This document shows positions 14,699-28,906 of a stretch of 64,000 bases of DNA, in pieces. The position numbers were made by a program, and so were the translations under genes. The stretch covers positions 68,262,001 through 68,326,000 of the forward strand of contig OX597821.1 in assembly GCA_951406725.2 (NCBI GenBank). The letters run 5' to 3'. The notes under the pieces were generated by a model. It was not told the origin of the DNA, did no database searches, and was given only the letters and a program-made list of their open reading frames with translations. The DNA is from Octopus vulgaris. Taxonomy: Eukaryota. Position 1 is the first letter of the stretch. Each line of letters opens with the position of its first letter.

Positions 14699-14846
14699 CA
14701 TCGAAAAATACCTTAGGAATGAGAACCCAGGTTCGAAATTTCCCCAAGACACCTGATGAAGGCTGGAGGGTAAATCAGCTGAAACGTGTTAACAACAAAC
14801 AAGATGAGGACAAATATCCGTCAAATGTAAATAATGTAAAGGATGT
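14499..14846 (+). mobile_element. tRNA-headed SINE with (AAT)n spacer and an HHR-like 3' module, flanked by a 13-bp TSD
   Basis: A box TGGTGTAGTGG and B box GAGTTCGATTCC; gacac-CTGATGA-a-ggctg/cagct-GAAA-c-gtgtt at 14748-14790; flanks AAAGAATGCGCCA (14486-14498) and AAAGAATACGCCA (14847-14859). Confidence 0.8.
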
Positions 14847-15416
14847 AAAGAATACGCCAATTTTATAGGTAGGCTGAGATAAGATTATTCATCATGAAAC
14901 TCTACTCGGAGTTCATCGGCCCCATGGATTTCTTATACAGGTCTCGGCACGAACAGCAATGTCAACTGACAATGAAAATACAGGATTTCTAGTCATGTTA
15001 AGCTGAAAAATAACTTGGCGGGAAACTACTGCTGTATTGGCATAGTTGATTTTTGTGCGAGAGTAAATTGATGGGAAACTGAGAAATGTCTAAATTTTGC
15101 AAAGATTCTGAATAGAATTCAATTTAACAGCGCTTAAGTTGCGGTTATGTTATTAAACTTAGCTGCTCTTATATCACTTGACAGGTGGAGTTCTTCCTAC
15201 CCACATGAGTTCAGACAATACTAAGTTGATAAGATATACCTACGCACACAAACATAGACAGAATTATATCTAGACATATATATACATTTACAGATATGTA
15301 CATAAACATAGACGCATACACACAATCACACACACATTAATAAAAATAGCAAACACACACATATATATATATATACACACATTATATTATACATGTATAT
15401 GTATATGTAGATGTGC

Positions 15417-15463
<47 letters not shown>

Positions 15464-15974
15464 TGTATGTGTCTATGTATGCATTTGTATGCACATACAT
15501 ACACACACACACATACACACACACATATATATATATATATAGACTCACGTACCTTGATACATACATACATTTAAAATTGACTCGAAATCTAAAATTACAA
15601 AACTATAATACATTATCGTAAATAACCTGCCCGCGCTACAAACACTCAAACACATACGAGCGCACATGTACACACACAATCCTCCACAGTCATACATAAT
15701 CACACACAACCACATACACACATTGAGCCAAACATATATATACATGCACGTAGACAACACAATTGAGTATTGCACTGTTGCACATGAAACACACCTATAC
15801 TAAACTAAAACAACATATTTAGGGCAATAAATGATAAGGTTGCTGTGCATTTTTTATGAGTTGTAGAATATAATTGTGTGAGTGGTGATCATCTCGGCAA
15901 TAGAGGTCGTTAAGTGGTAATGGTCGGCTGTAATTACGTGACATTAGTAATAAATGGCTTGCAATTTCTGCAAT

Positions 15975-15999
15975 CTTCATCATCAACATCATCATCGTC

Positions 16000-16038
<39 letters not shown>

Positions 16039-16157
16039 TTCATCATCATCGTTGTTATCATCGTTTTCGTCGTCCTCACCGTCATCATCAGCAGCAGCAG
16101 CCGCAGCAGTAGTAGCAGCACCGACGCCACTACCACCACCGACACCACCACTACCAA

Positions 16158-16209
<52 letters not shown>

Positions 16210-16320
16210 GTCATCATCATCATCGTTGTTGTTGTCATCGTCAACGTCTTCGTCGTCTTTGTTACCGTCAGAGACATCATTATCATCATCGTCGTCGTCG
16301 TCGTTATCGTCATCATCATC
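15975..16320. repeat. (CAT)n/(CGT)n/(CAC)n trinucleotide field
   Basis: Seen directly. Similar fields lie at about 25335-26310, 40400-41220 and 50320-50670. Confidence 0.95.
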
Positions 16321-16356
16321 TTGTTCTAAGTGTTATTATTAGTATTATTTGTTGAT

Positions 16357-16570
16357 CGGCGAGTTGGCAAAATCGTTAGTACACCGGGCGAAATATTTAG
16401 CGGCATTTCGTCCGCCTGCACGTTCTGAGTTCAAATTTCGATGAGGTCGACTTTGCCTTTCAACCTCTCGGGGGTCAAGAAAATAAGTACCAGTTAAACA
16501 TTGGTGTCACCGTAATCGATTTATACCCTCCCTCGAAATTGCTAGCCTTGTGCCAAAATCTGAAACCATT
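16357..16570 (+). mobile_element. SINE family B
   Basis: Head GGCGAGTTGGCAAAATCGTTAG plus the shared core. Further copies lie at about 20073-20283 (+), 24515-24742 (+), 32830-33040 (-), 51600-51760 (+) and 62830-63042 (+). Confidence 0.88.
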
Positions 16571-16766
16571 ATTGATATTATTTATTCTAAAATTGTGCAG
16601 GTTTACAAAAATCGGTGACGCGATGGATGTCGTGCCTTGTGGTATTTAACTGCGCTCCTTTACCTTCCGGGTTCAAATCCGGGTAGGGCAACTAATTTCC
16701 ATGCCACCCTTTCGAGACTGATAAAATATTTTACCAATAAAATCAGTCGTTTCCATGTTCGAATAT

Positions 16767-17066
16767 ACTCTTTTACTCTTTTACTTGTTTCAGTCATTTG
16801 ACTGCGGCCATGCTGGAGCACCACGTTCAAGTCGAGCAAATCGACCCCAGGACTTATTCTTTGTAAGCCTACTACTTATTCTCTCGGTCTCTTTTGCCGA
16901 ATCGCTAAGTTACGGGGATGTAAACACACCAGCATCGTTTGTCAAGCGATCTTGGGGTGGGAGGGCAAACACAGACATACAAACACACACACATATATAT
17001 ATATACATGTACATATATACGACGGGCTTCTTTCAGTTTCCGACTACCAAATCCACTCACAAGGCT
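16767..17066 (-). mobile_element. SINE family A, 3' portion
   Basis: Reverse complement of the family A tail and body. Confidence 0.9.
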
Positions 17067-17487
17067 TGTTTTTATGTTGTTTTATGTTGTTTTTATTTAC
17101 TTATAATGGCAGTGATTCGACAGCAGTAGAACAGTAAATTAAATACTTGCGTATAAGACAACGTCCTTCTAATTTCCAAGTTCAAATGCTCTCGTCTCTG
17201 GCTTTGGCTTTCGTCTGTCTGAGAATTAGTGCTGTCATTAGAGCATCGGATACAAATGCCTTGTTGTGTTCAATCCAATCTTCTATGCACTGAGTTAAAT
17301 CCCACTGAAGTCAAATTTGTCTTATATCTTTTGTGGAGTCGATAAATATACTACCAGTCCCTTACTGGGGTCAGTTCTTCCGTTTTCTCACTTCCACATT
17401 CTTTTCAGATTTATACATATATGCATACATACATACATGTCCTGAAATAATCTTAGAAAATCCCACTGTTATGGAATACATTCATAA

Positions 17488-17952
17488 ACATGCTAGGCCA
17501 CTGGTAGTAGAAATTTCTAAAACTTTTATTACCCTGATATTATGAATTATTGATAATTGTTTCTGGAATATTTTCGAAGTAACGCCGGGCATTATTTTAC
17601 TTGCTGCCGACAAAAAACTGCGCTTGCGCGGTTGATTTGAAAAATTATAATATATAAGCACGGGGCACATGCTGGATTGCCTCGTACTTATATGTTTAAT
17701 CTATGCGTACCTGTTGATGAAGACTTCGCCTAGCAAATTATTTTATTTGCTGAAAACATTCAGAAACCATGGTTCAGGAGATAGCTGGTAAATGTTTTTT
17801 TATTTTTTTCCTATGACGGATACTTCTTATGCGTTTAAATGTACACTATATTTATATGAATAATATATAGTCTGTTGACTAATTTTTCTACACGCTAGGC
17901 CACTGGTAGTAGAAATTTCTAAAATGTTTATTACCCTGGTATTATTAATTAT
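17488..17952 (+). mobile_element. 402-bp-period element with 63-bp terminal direct repeat and a degenerate HHR (17710-17778)
   Basis: ACA(T/C)GCTAGGCCACTGGTAGTAGAAATTTCTAAAA...TTACCCTG occurs at 17488 and 17890. HHR: cctg-TTGATGA-...-GAAA-CCATGG-TT-cagg, with an internal hairpin agcaaat/atttgct. Confidence 0.75.
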
Positions 17953-17974
17953 ATATAAATATGTATATATTTAT

Positions 17975-18408
17975 GTGTCTGTGTCTTTGTGTCTGCGTTT
18001 GTCCCCTATCACCACGTGACAACCGGTGCTGGTGTGTTTACGTCCCCGTAACTTAACGGTTCAGCAAAAGGAGCTGATTGAATAATTACTATGCTTAATA
18101 ATATAATAGGTCTTGGGGTCGATTTGTTCGATTAAAATCCCCTCAAGGCAGTGCTCCATCATGGCCACAGTTATATGACTGAAACAAATAAAAGAATAAA
18201 AGTATGTGTGTGGGCCCACCCCTATAATCACTTCACAACCGGTGTTGGTGTGCATACATTCCCGTAACTTGGCGCTTCGACAAAAGAGACTTATAGAATA
18301 AGTACTAGGCTTTAAAAAATTAAGTCCTTGGGTCGATTTGTTCGACTAAAACCTTTCAAGGTAGTGCACCAACATGGCCAAAGCCAAATGACTGAAACAG
18401 GTAAAATG
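17975..18408 (+). mobile_element. Two tandem 3' halves of SINE family A
   Basis: The body CCGTAACTT...GGTCGATTTGTTCGA...ATGACTGAAACA occurs twice. Confidence 0.85.
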
Positions 18409-18929
18409 TTTTTTTTTTAAATAACAGAATAAGCCTCGACCGGAATAGCTTTTGTCGGGTTTCGATGCTCAGGACACGGTGTTTACCACGATCTCTCCAG
18501 TATGACCTTACCAAAGATTGAGAACCAAAAGCGAGGTAAAATAAGCATGGTCATATACTGAAGCCGACCGCCTGCAACCGTCCACCAAAATATGCAGAGC
18601 TTGTAGCTATGTTTGTAACCATTATCAGAAGAGTATGCTACATCCATTTCACCGTATCATTTTTCTTTCTTGTCTTATGTTTTCCATTTAAAATATGCTG
18701 ACTGGTGAAACGAGTGCTCCAGCATGCGTAACAACACTTCGCTTCAGCCATGTTAGCTTCACCTTAATAACAATAAAACTAATAGTATGCCTTCAGCTTC
18801 GCTGAGAAATTAGGCTCACAAGGAACTTTTCACCAGTCAAATAAAGCACCGTAAAGGTAGAAGTATAACGATATATATATATAAATTTGCACTGTTTATA
18901 ATTACACCATATTTTACGTATACATTTTT

Positions 18930-19765
<836 letters not shown>

Positions 19766-21026
19766 CACACACATACATATATGTACTAGATACACACATT
19801 CATACATATATACATACATAAATACATTCATACATGACCCTAGAGTCAAGCGAATTCTGATGAATTATTAAACAACAATGAAACTACTCATCTCAAATTG
19901 CCGAACAGTTCCCTGTGAACCTAATTTCACAACGGAACCACTTAAATATAGATACACGTTTATATATTTATTGAAAACTAACATCTTATTTGTATTCTAC
20001 TAATTATATTCGTTAATATATTAAGGCCAAACAGACAACGGTTCACACCTTTTTGCTATGAGGATGAAAGCTAAGGTGGAACGCTGACAGAATCGTTAGC
20101 GCTCGGACGAAATGCTTAGCGGCATTTCGTCCGTCTTTATGTTCTAAGTTCAAATTCCGCCGGGGTTTTCTTTGCCTTTCGAGGTTGATAAAATAAGCAC
20201 CATTTGAACACCGGGGTCGATGTAATCGACTTACCCACTTCCCTAAAATTGCAGGCCTTGTGACAAAATTTGAAACCGTAATGAGGATGAAGGTCATAGA
20301 CTCGATTCAGTACATTATTCGTACGGTATTCATCAACGTCCGGGTATGAAAACATGCAAAAACGACTTCAGCAGGATTTGAACTCACAACGTAGACAGAC
20401 ACACTTAAAAACTTCAAGCCATGTTTTCCTGAATTTCTACCCCACTGTATCTGCGATATCTTCTACCCTTACTGCCCGGAGATTCATCCATACATTAACT
20501 TCTGGCATATTTTTATCGACTCAGCGGAAAATATATCTCCAACGGAATTGTGCAGCTCGGAACTGAACATCATAAACCATCTAAATCTAATCCAAACTTT
20601 TCCTGTCTCTGACAATCCCAAAACACTAAATTTAAAGTTATTTAATCATATATCTATAATTCCATACTTAGCAAAAAGCATGTACAATCTGAAACTTATA
20701 CAAAATATTGGGGACGTGGATTAGTTTTTCCTATAGAAATGATTGAAAACGTGATATGAAATCTTAAAATTTGCTTTTCTTTATTTCACCATTTTCTTAC
20801 TTTTGTTTTTATCTTGAACGGATGCAACGAATCTTTTTCTTTTACTCCATGTTTATGCGTTTACGTGTGTATTTGCATATAATTGCATGTATGTGACAGT
20901 AAGTGTATGTAAGTAGTGTGTATGCATGTAGGTACGTACGTAGTTCATGGTTTTGTTCAAATTTGTATGTGCTAAGAAAATTGTGGAGTGTATGTATCAG
21001 TAAATATGTATATACATACATATATG

Positions 21027-21097
<71 letters not shown>

Positions 21098-21291
21098 ATA
21101 TATACATATATAGATAGATAGATAGATAGATAGGTAGAAAGATAGATATAGATATAGATATAGATATGTATATATGCATTTATATATATACGTATATATA
21201 TATGTATGTATATACAAACATATATATATGCATATATATAGATATATATATGTATGTATGTATGAATGTATGTATACATATATATGTGAGA

Positions 21292-21355
<64 letters not shown>

Positions 21356-21368
21356 ATATGTATATGTG

Positions 21369-21413
<45 letters not shown>

Positions 21414-21536
21414 GTGTGTATTGGAGAATGAATTCTGTGTGTATGTGTGCGTACGTGGGTGTTTCGATATATATTTCGGTATGTCTTCTGGACATTAAAC
21501 ACTGTACATGCATAGGAATTTATGTATGCATGCATG

Positions 21537-21600
<64 letters not shown>

Positions 21601-21710
21601 TATATACATACATACACACATACATGAATACATATGTGTATATGAGTGAATATATATATGTATATATGTGTATATATGTGCATGTGTGTGTCTATGTTTA
21701 TATGCCTGTA

Positions 21711-21769
<59 letters not shown>

Positions 21770-22635
21770 GTATATTCTATATATATACGCACACATATAT
21801 GCATATGCAATATTATATAACGAAATATTTATATCTATATATCTATCTGTTTATCTTTGTACGTGTGTGTGTGTGTGTGTTTAATGCGTTTGTGCATTTA
21901 TTTTTATGCGCTAATAAATTTTTTGTGGAAGTGTGTGTCTTAAGCGTATTCATTTAATTTTTCTTCGATTCCTTTCTTTGGCTGTGTTTCGTTGTATTTG
22001 TGCATGTGTGTGTGTGTGTGTGTGTGTGCGTGAGTGTGTGCGTGTGTGTGCGTGCGTGTATGTATAGGTCAATGCGTTGCAAATATGCCAATGTAGGATA
22101 ATATATGCCTATGTTTGTATAAGTTTAATTATGTTAGCGTACGTCTTCGTGCGTATTCGCATTTACACTCAGTATCTATGGATTTATTTACATGTGTGTT
22201 TATATATATTTTTTTTTTGTTTCATTGGTTGGTTGCTTACTCAGTTACATGTGTTTGTAAAAATCTTGCAGATTCTATCTCTATACATTTTATTGTGAAT
22301 TTACTTTCACTTTCACATTGCCCCCTCCCCTGTCAATTTCACAGCGAAAATATCCCTAGTTTGCACATACTGTGATTCTGTTCCGACAATCTTTCATAAT
22401 CATGTATACTTACATGGTGATACAGTAGTTGTTAATTCTTAAGACAGTTTGTAACAATTACAATTATCGTCTTTATGTACAATATTCTGAAGAACATTTC
22501 TAATCTTGTAAGAAAACGAACATGCTTTCCTGTTGTCGCCAAAAAAGAGATAGTAACAATGTGTCTAAATTAAAATAGCAAATATTAATCTAGTATTTTT
22601 TCCGTACAAAAGACATGAGTCTTTTAAATCGTGTA

Positions 22636-22829
22636 ACTCTTTTACTTGTTTCAGTCATTGGACTACGGCCATGCTAGGGCACTGCTTTAAACAGATTTAA
22701 TCGAACATATCGATCCCGGTAATCCTGCTTTTGTTTTAAAGTCTGGTAGTTATTTTGTAGGGCCATTTTGCTGAACCGCTACCTTACGGCATGTATGTAT
22801 GTATGTATGTATGTATGTATGTATGTATG

Positions 22830-22861
<32 letters not shown>

Positions 22862-23198
22862 AATGTATGTATGTATATATATGCCGGGCTTCCACATGGT
22901 TTCTGTTTATTAAATTAACGCACAGAAGGATTGGTAGGTCCTGAGTTATCGTAGAAGATATTTCCTCAAGGTGTCCTGCTGTGAGACTGAACCTGAAACC
23001 ATATGGTTTCTAAAAGATCTTCTTAATTTCACAGCCACCCTTGCTCGTATGTTAAGTACACTGCCTTCACATAAATATGACCTTATAGAAGTGATGATAA
23101 AATCTGAATGGTAAAATGACAGTATGACACGACGTCCCCTCCACTGTGTGACAGGCTTGTGAATGGATTTGGTAGACGGAAACTGAAAGAAGCCCGTC

Positions 23199-23264
<66 letters not shown>

Positions 23265-23465
23265 TGTGTATTCATGTTTGTCCCCCCAACGTCGCTTGAC
23301 AACCGATGCTGGTGTGTTTATGTCACCGTAACTTAGCGGTTCGGCAAAAGAACCGATAGAATAAGTACTTGGCTTCCAAAGAATAAGTCCTGGGGTCGAT
23401 TTGATTCGACTAAAGTCGGTGCTGCAGCATGGCCGCTGTCAAATGATTGAAACAAATAAGAAATA
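22636..23465. mobile_element. Two family A copies: degenerate minus-strand copy (22636-23045) and plus-strand 3' part (23155-23465)
   Basis: Homology to 8715-9111. Confidence 0.8.
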
Positions 23466-24373
23466 AATTATGAAGAACTGTGGCTGTACTTCAACCATAT
23501 CAACACTTTAGAAAAAATTACCACTAGAATTGTGGGAAATAATTTCAGTCCCCAAAATGTTAACTAGTCTATTGAAATTGGTTGGCACTTGCAATACATA
23601 AAATAAAAGAGAATCTTTGTCTGCTGTTTTTTTTGTTGTTTTTTTTTGTTTTTTTTTTTGTTTTTTACTCCTTTTAGGAGACTTGAAGTGAAGTAGAATT
23701 GACAACCTGGAGAGTAATTAGCCATTATTATTGCCACAAATGTACCTCATGAGAATGCAGTTGTGTCCGTCACACTAACTAATCTACGAGAGCTACAATG
23801 CAAAGGGAGACTGCAAAAGGAATGTAGGAAAGTGATTTTCGCGGTCTTCACTTGACAGCCAACTGTCCTACACGTGATTGTAGCAATTACACTTCATCAG
23901 GTCAGAGATCAGCGAAAACTGAACGAACGCATGGAGACAGGATTTGTCGATCCGCCATCATAACGTACACATCAGGCTGGCGGCATTGCTGTTTTGTTGA
24001 CTTAAATTCCAGACTATAAAGTCGCCCGAAAACGGTTGTTTATTTTTTTGTTGCTTTTTTCTTTTGTTTTTTCTTCAGAAAATCATTATAGTTTTTTTCG
24101 GATAATTCTTTGGTAAATTGAATCGTCGCTTATGCGGTCCACGAAAACCTACGTAGAATGTAAACGTTGAGGACTTGCAGGCCGCATTGATAGCTATAAG
24201 AGGGATGAAAAAAGAAAAAAAAAAGAAAGGCAGAAAGGAAGGAAGGAAGGAAGGAAGGAAGAGTGGGAGGGAGTTAGAAAGGAAGGAAGAAAAAAAGAAG
24301 GAGAGAAAATAGATAGATAGATAGATAGATAGATAGGGAAAAGGAAAAAGAGAAAGAAAGCAAGCAAGCAAGC

Positions 24374-24441
<68 letters not shown>

Positions 24442-24804
24442 AATGAAGGAAGGAAGGAAGGTAAAAGGGAAGGGGAGGGTTGGAGTTAGAAAGGAAGAAA
24501 GGAAGAATGAAAAGAATCCGTTTGTTTGTCCTTGCTTGTCCTCTCTGTGTTTAGCCCCTTGTGGGTAGTAAAGAAATAGGTATTTCGTCTGCCTTGACGC
24601 TCTGAGTTCAAATTCCGCTGAGGTCGACTTTGACTTTCATCCTTTCGGGATAAATAAAGTACCAGTTGCGCACTAGGGTCGATCTAATCGACTGGTTCCC
24701 CTCCCCCAAAATCCCTGGCCTTGTGTCTAAAGTAGAAAAGAATATATTGTACTGGTTTGATTAAGATGGGTGGCTGTGATGTCATGGTTGTCGTAGTATG
24801 TTTG

Positions 24805-25250
24805 TAGGGTATTGGGTATCTTCAGGCCTTGGACTGCGACCATGCTGGGGCACCACCTTGAAGAGTTTAGTTGAACCCAGTGACCTCAGTACTTATTTTA
24901 AAACTCTTCTCTTCCTGCCGAAACGTTAGGTTATGGGGATGTAAAGAACCTAACATCAGTCGTCACACACACACACACACACACATACACACAGAAGGCC
25001 CGAAATTTTGGGGGAGGGGGCCAGTCAATTGGATCGACCCAGTACGCAACTGGTACTTAATTTATCTACCCCGAAAGGACCTCGGCGTAAAGGAAGACGA
25101 AATACCTATTTCTTTACTACCCACAAGGGGTTAAAAACAGAGAGGCTTTGGTCGGCCCGAGACTATAGTAGAAGACACTTGCCCAAGGTGCCACGCAGAA
25201 CCATGTGGTTGGTAAGCGAGCTACTTACCACACAACCACTCCTGCGCCTT
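24805..25250 (-). mobile_element. Family A copy with a nested family B fragment (about 24995-25143)
   Basis: Family A 3' and 5' halves flank family B sequence at the central (CA)n. Confidence 0.75.
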
Positions 25251-26719
25251 AGATATATCAACAATAAAACCACAATAAAACAATAAAAACAACATTCTAT
25301 CATTACCATTCTCGAACGTCCGCTACAGATATGACTACCACCACCACCACCATCACCATCATCATTACAACGTATTGCAGTCATCCCCAGCATGGCCACC
25401 ACCACCAATTAGAACACCAAAATCATTACCATCTCCACAAGTATGTCACCTCCGTCGTCAGGCTATTATAATATTGCTACCACCTGTGTCATCATCTCAC
25501 GATAATACTGTCATCAACATAGCCACCAACATCATCATCTCAACACATTGCCACTACCATTTTTATCCTACCATATTGTCAATGCCAGCACTACCAACAC
25601 ACCATCACTATCATCATCATCATCATCATCATCGTAACATATTAACATCACCAACACCACCGTAACCATCGCTACCATCATCATTAAACCATCTTCACTA
25701 CCACCACACCGTTTCCACCACCTTCCTCACCATCTCCACCATCATCGTCAAGCCATCATCATCACCATCACCATTCTCGTCATCATATCATACCGCTATC
25801 ACCACCATCAGCGCCATCGTTATCATCTTCATCAAGGCATCATCACCACCAACACCATCATCATCATCATCATCGTATCACCACTGTTGCCACCACCTTC
25901 ACCACCATCACTACTATTACAATCACGCTAACATCACCTCCATCACCATCATCATCGCATCATATCGTTATTCCCCCACCACCACCACCACCACCATTTT
26001 CGCCAGCACCACTGCCACCACCTTCACCATCACCGCCAAGCTATCGTCACTACCACCACAACCGCCACAACCATTACCATCACCACCATCACCACCACCG
26101 CCATCGTTACCATAAATTGCCAACAACAACAACAACAATAACACAACTACCACAAACATCAATACAAACGCAAACATCAATGTAACTACCACCACCACCA
26201 CCACCACAACCAATAACATTAACCACTACAACCACAACCACAACTACTACAACCATCACCATTATCACCAGCACAAAACCTGTACTTCCAGCCAATTATA
26301 ATGTTACTACCCAGTGTAAGAACGTCTGAATATTGAACTTATTCAAAGACAATGGTCGGGATGTGATAGTGTGCTGCACCAGCTGCCGTTTCTCCAGGCC
26401 GTCGCGTATAACTTTTGTTATCCCCCTTGTCTCCAGGTGCTTTTCCGTGCTGTCAACACGATCTTCTGGACAGCATTTTTATAAAGATTTCATTTGTCAA
26501 TTTAGTGCCTTGGACTACACAATTGCGAGATTCAATAGCGATTTGTAATCAGCCAATTAATGTGGGAAGTTTCCTTCATGGTGCAGAGTCTTGCATTGAG
26601 TATTGTGTGGGTATAAACGAAGAGATGGTAGAGGTAGGTGGATTGAGAGATCGGGAAGAAGAGGGGGAGCGGTGGAGGTTAAAAGAGACGGAGAGGGTGA
26701 GAAGGCGGACAGAGCGAGA

Positions 26720-27402
<683 letters not shown>

Positions 27403-27872
27403 TGTTAATGACTAAGAAAGAGCGTAAGCAAGTAGGCAGATGGTAAAGCAGGGAGAGGGTATGGGGTGAAGTTCATAAAGAAAAAGTGGTTGAGAGCAAG
27501 ACAAGATTGGAGCGCCAATAAATTGGATGCTTTCTTGAGGAGAGCAAAACTTTCCGTCGTAAAAAAAACTGAAGCCAAGTGGTTTACTTTAGTTGTGAAT
27601 GTGTGTTTGCGTGAATGAGTATATGTCTGTACAAGCATGTATATTTATGTGTCTATGTGACTGTTTATTAATATGGGTGCATATAGACGTAGGGCCGTGG
27701 CTGTGCGGTAAGTAGCTTGCTTACCAACCACATCGTTCTGGGTTCAGTCCCACTGCGTGGCACCTTGAGCAAGTGTCTTCTACTATGGCCTCGGGACGAC
27801 CAAAGCCTTGTGAGTGGATTTGGTAGACGAAAACTGAAAAGAAGCCTGTCATATATACATATATATATATAC

Positions 27873-28561
27873 ATAGTGACCACTCTCTTATATTTATTTT
27901 GTAAAAATATTATAATATGTTATAAAATATTATAATAATCCAGGTTTCTCGTAGCACTAGGCCACTTGGTGTTGAATAAATATACTATTAAATTAGTATC
28001 TAATTCTCTCACCCTTATTAATTAATTATAATTATGCTGCATTTATTTCTAAATGCTGTATTTGTTTTCCGTGAAAGTTTGGCGCGCTGTTGGTTGGGGC
28101 ATTTGAATTATAACGTCGGATGTAATCAATTGAACCACACGCGTATTTATCGTTATGGTAAAATCTGGCGTGTGATTGAGTGGATTTCATCAAGATAGTC
28201 TTGGCTGACGAGCTACAAATGGATTTTTTTGTAAGTAATATTACATTTAATTCATTAATAGCGAAACAATTGTCCCAAAATAATCTGTATTTTTGTTATT
28301 TTTTATTTGCCCTGTCCGTGTGAGCTAACAGTCGTACTGGCTTTCATGGGAAACATGTATTTTCGTGGTTGAAACCTTTTAGATTAACTGGTGCTAGAGT
28401 GAGCAATATAGTGACCACTCTCTTATATTTATTTTGTAAAAATATTATAATATGTTATAAAATATTATAATAATCCAGGTTTCTCGTAGCACTAGGCCAC
28501 TTGGTGTTGAATAAATATACTATTAAATTAGTATCTAATTCTCTCACCCTTATTAATTAAT

Positions 28562-28565
<4 letters not shown>
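27873..28565 (+). mobile_element. 535-bp-period retrozyme/PLE-like element with identical 158-bp terminal direct repeats
   Basis: 27873-28030 equals 28408-28565 with no mismatch seen. It contains an intact HHR motif and is flanked by (TA)n. Confidence 0.88.
28201..28278 (+). ncRNA. Type I hammerhead ribozyme with extended stem II
   Basis: TTGG-CTGACGA-GCTA...[aatgga/ttcatt; tgtaa/ttaca]...TAGC-GAAA-CAATTG-TC-CCAA. All core nucleotides are canonical and stem III is palindromic. Confidence 0.8.
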
Positions 28566-28617
<52 letters not shown>

Positions 28618-28906
28618 GATGTATTATGTATGTGTGTATGTGTGTGTGTGTATTTGTGTGTCTGTGTTTGTCCTTATCACCATCGCTTGATAACCGATGC
28701 TGGCGTGTTTACGTCCCCGCAACTTAGCGATTCGGCAGATAAAATAAGTACTAGGCTTACGAAGAATAAGTCCTGGGGTTGATTTGTTCGACTAAAGGCG
28801 ATGCTCCAGCACGGCATCAGTCAAATGACTGAAACAAGTAAAAGAATAAAAGAATATATATGTATGTATGTGTGTATGTATGTATGTGTGTATGTATGTA
28901 TGTATG

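Larger units (their letters stand above)
27690..28854 (+). mobile_element. SINE family A split by an HHR-element insertion in its central (TA)n
   Basis: 5' half at 27690-27852 and 3' half at 28655-28854. Confidence 0.88.
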
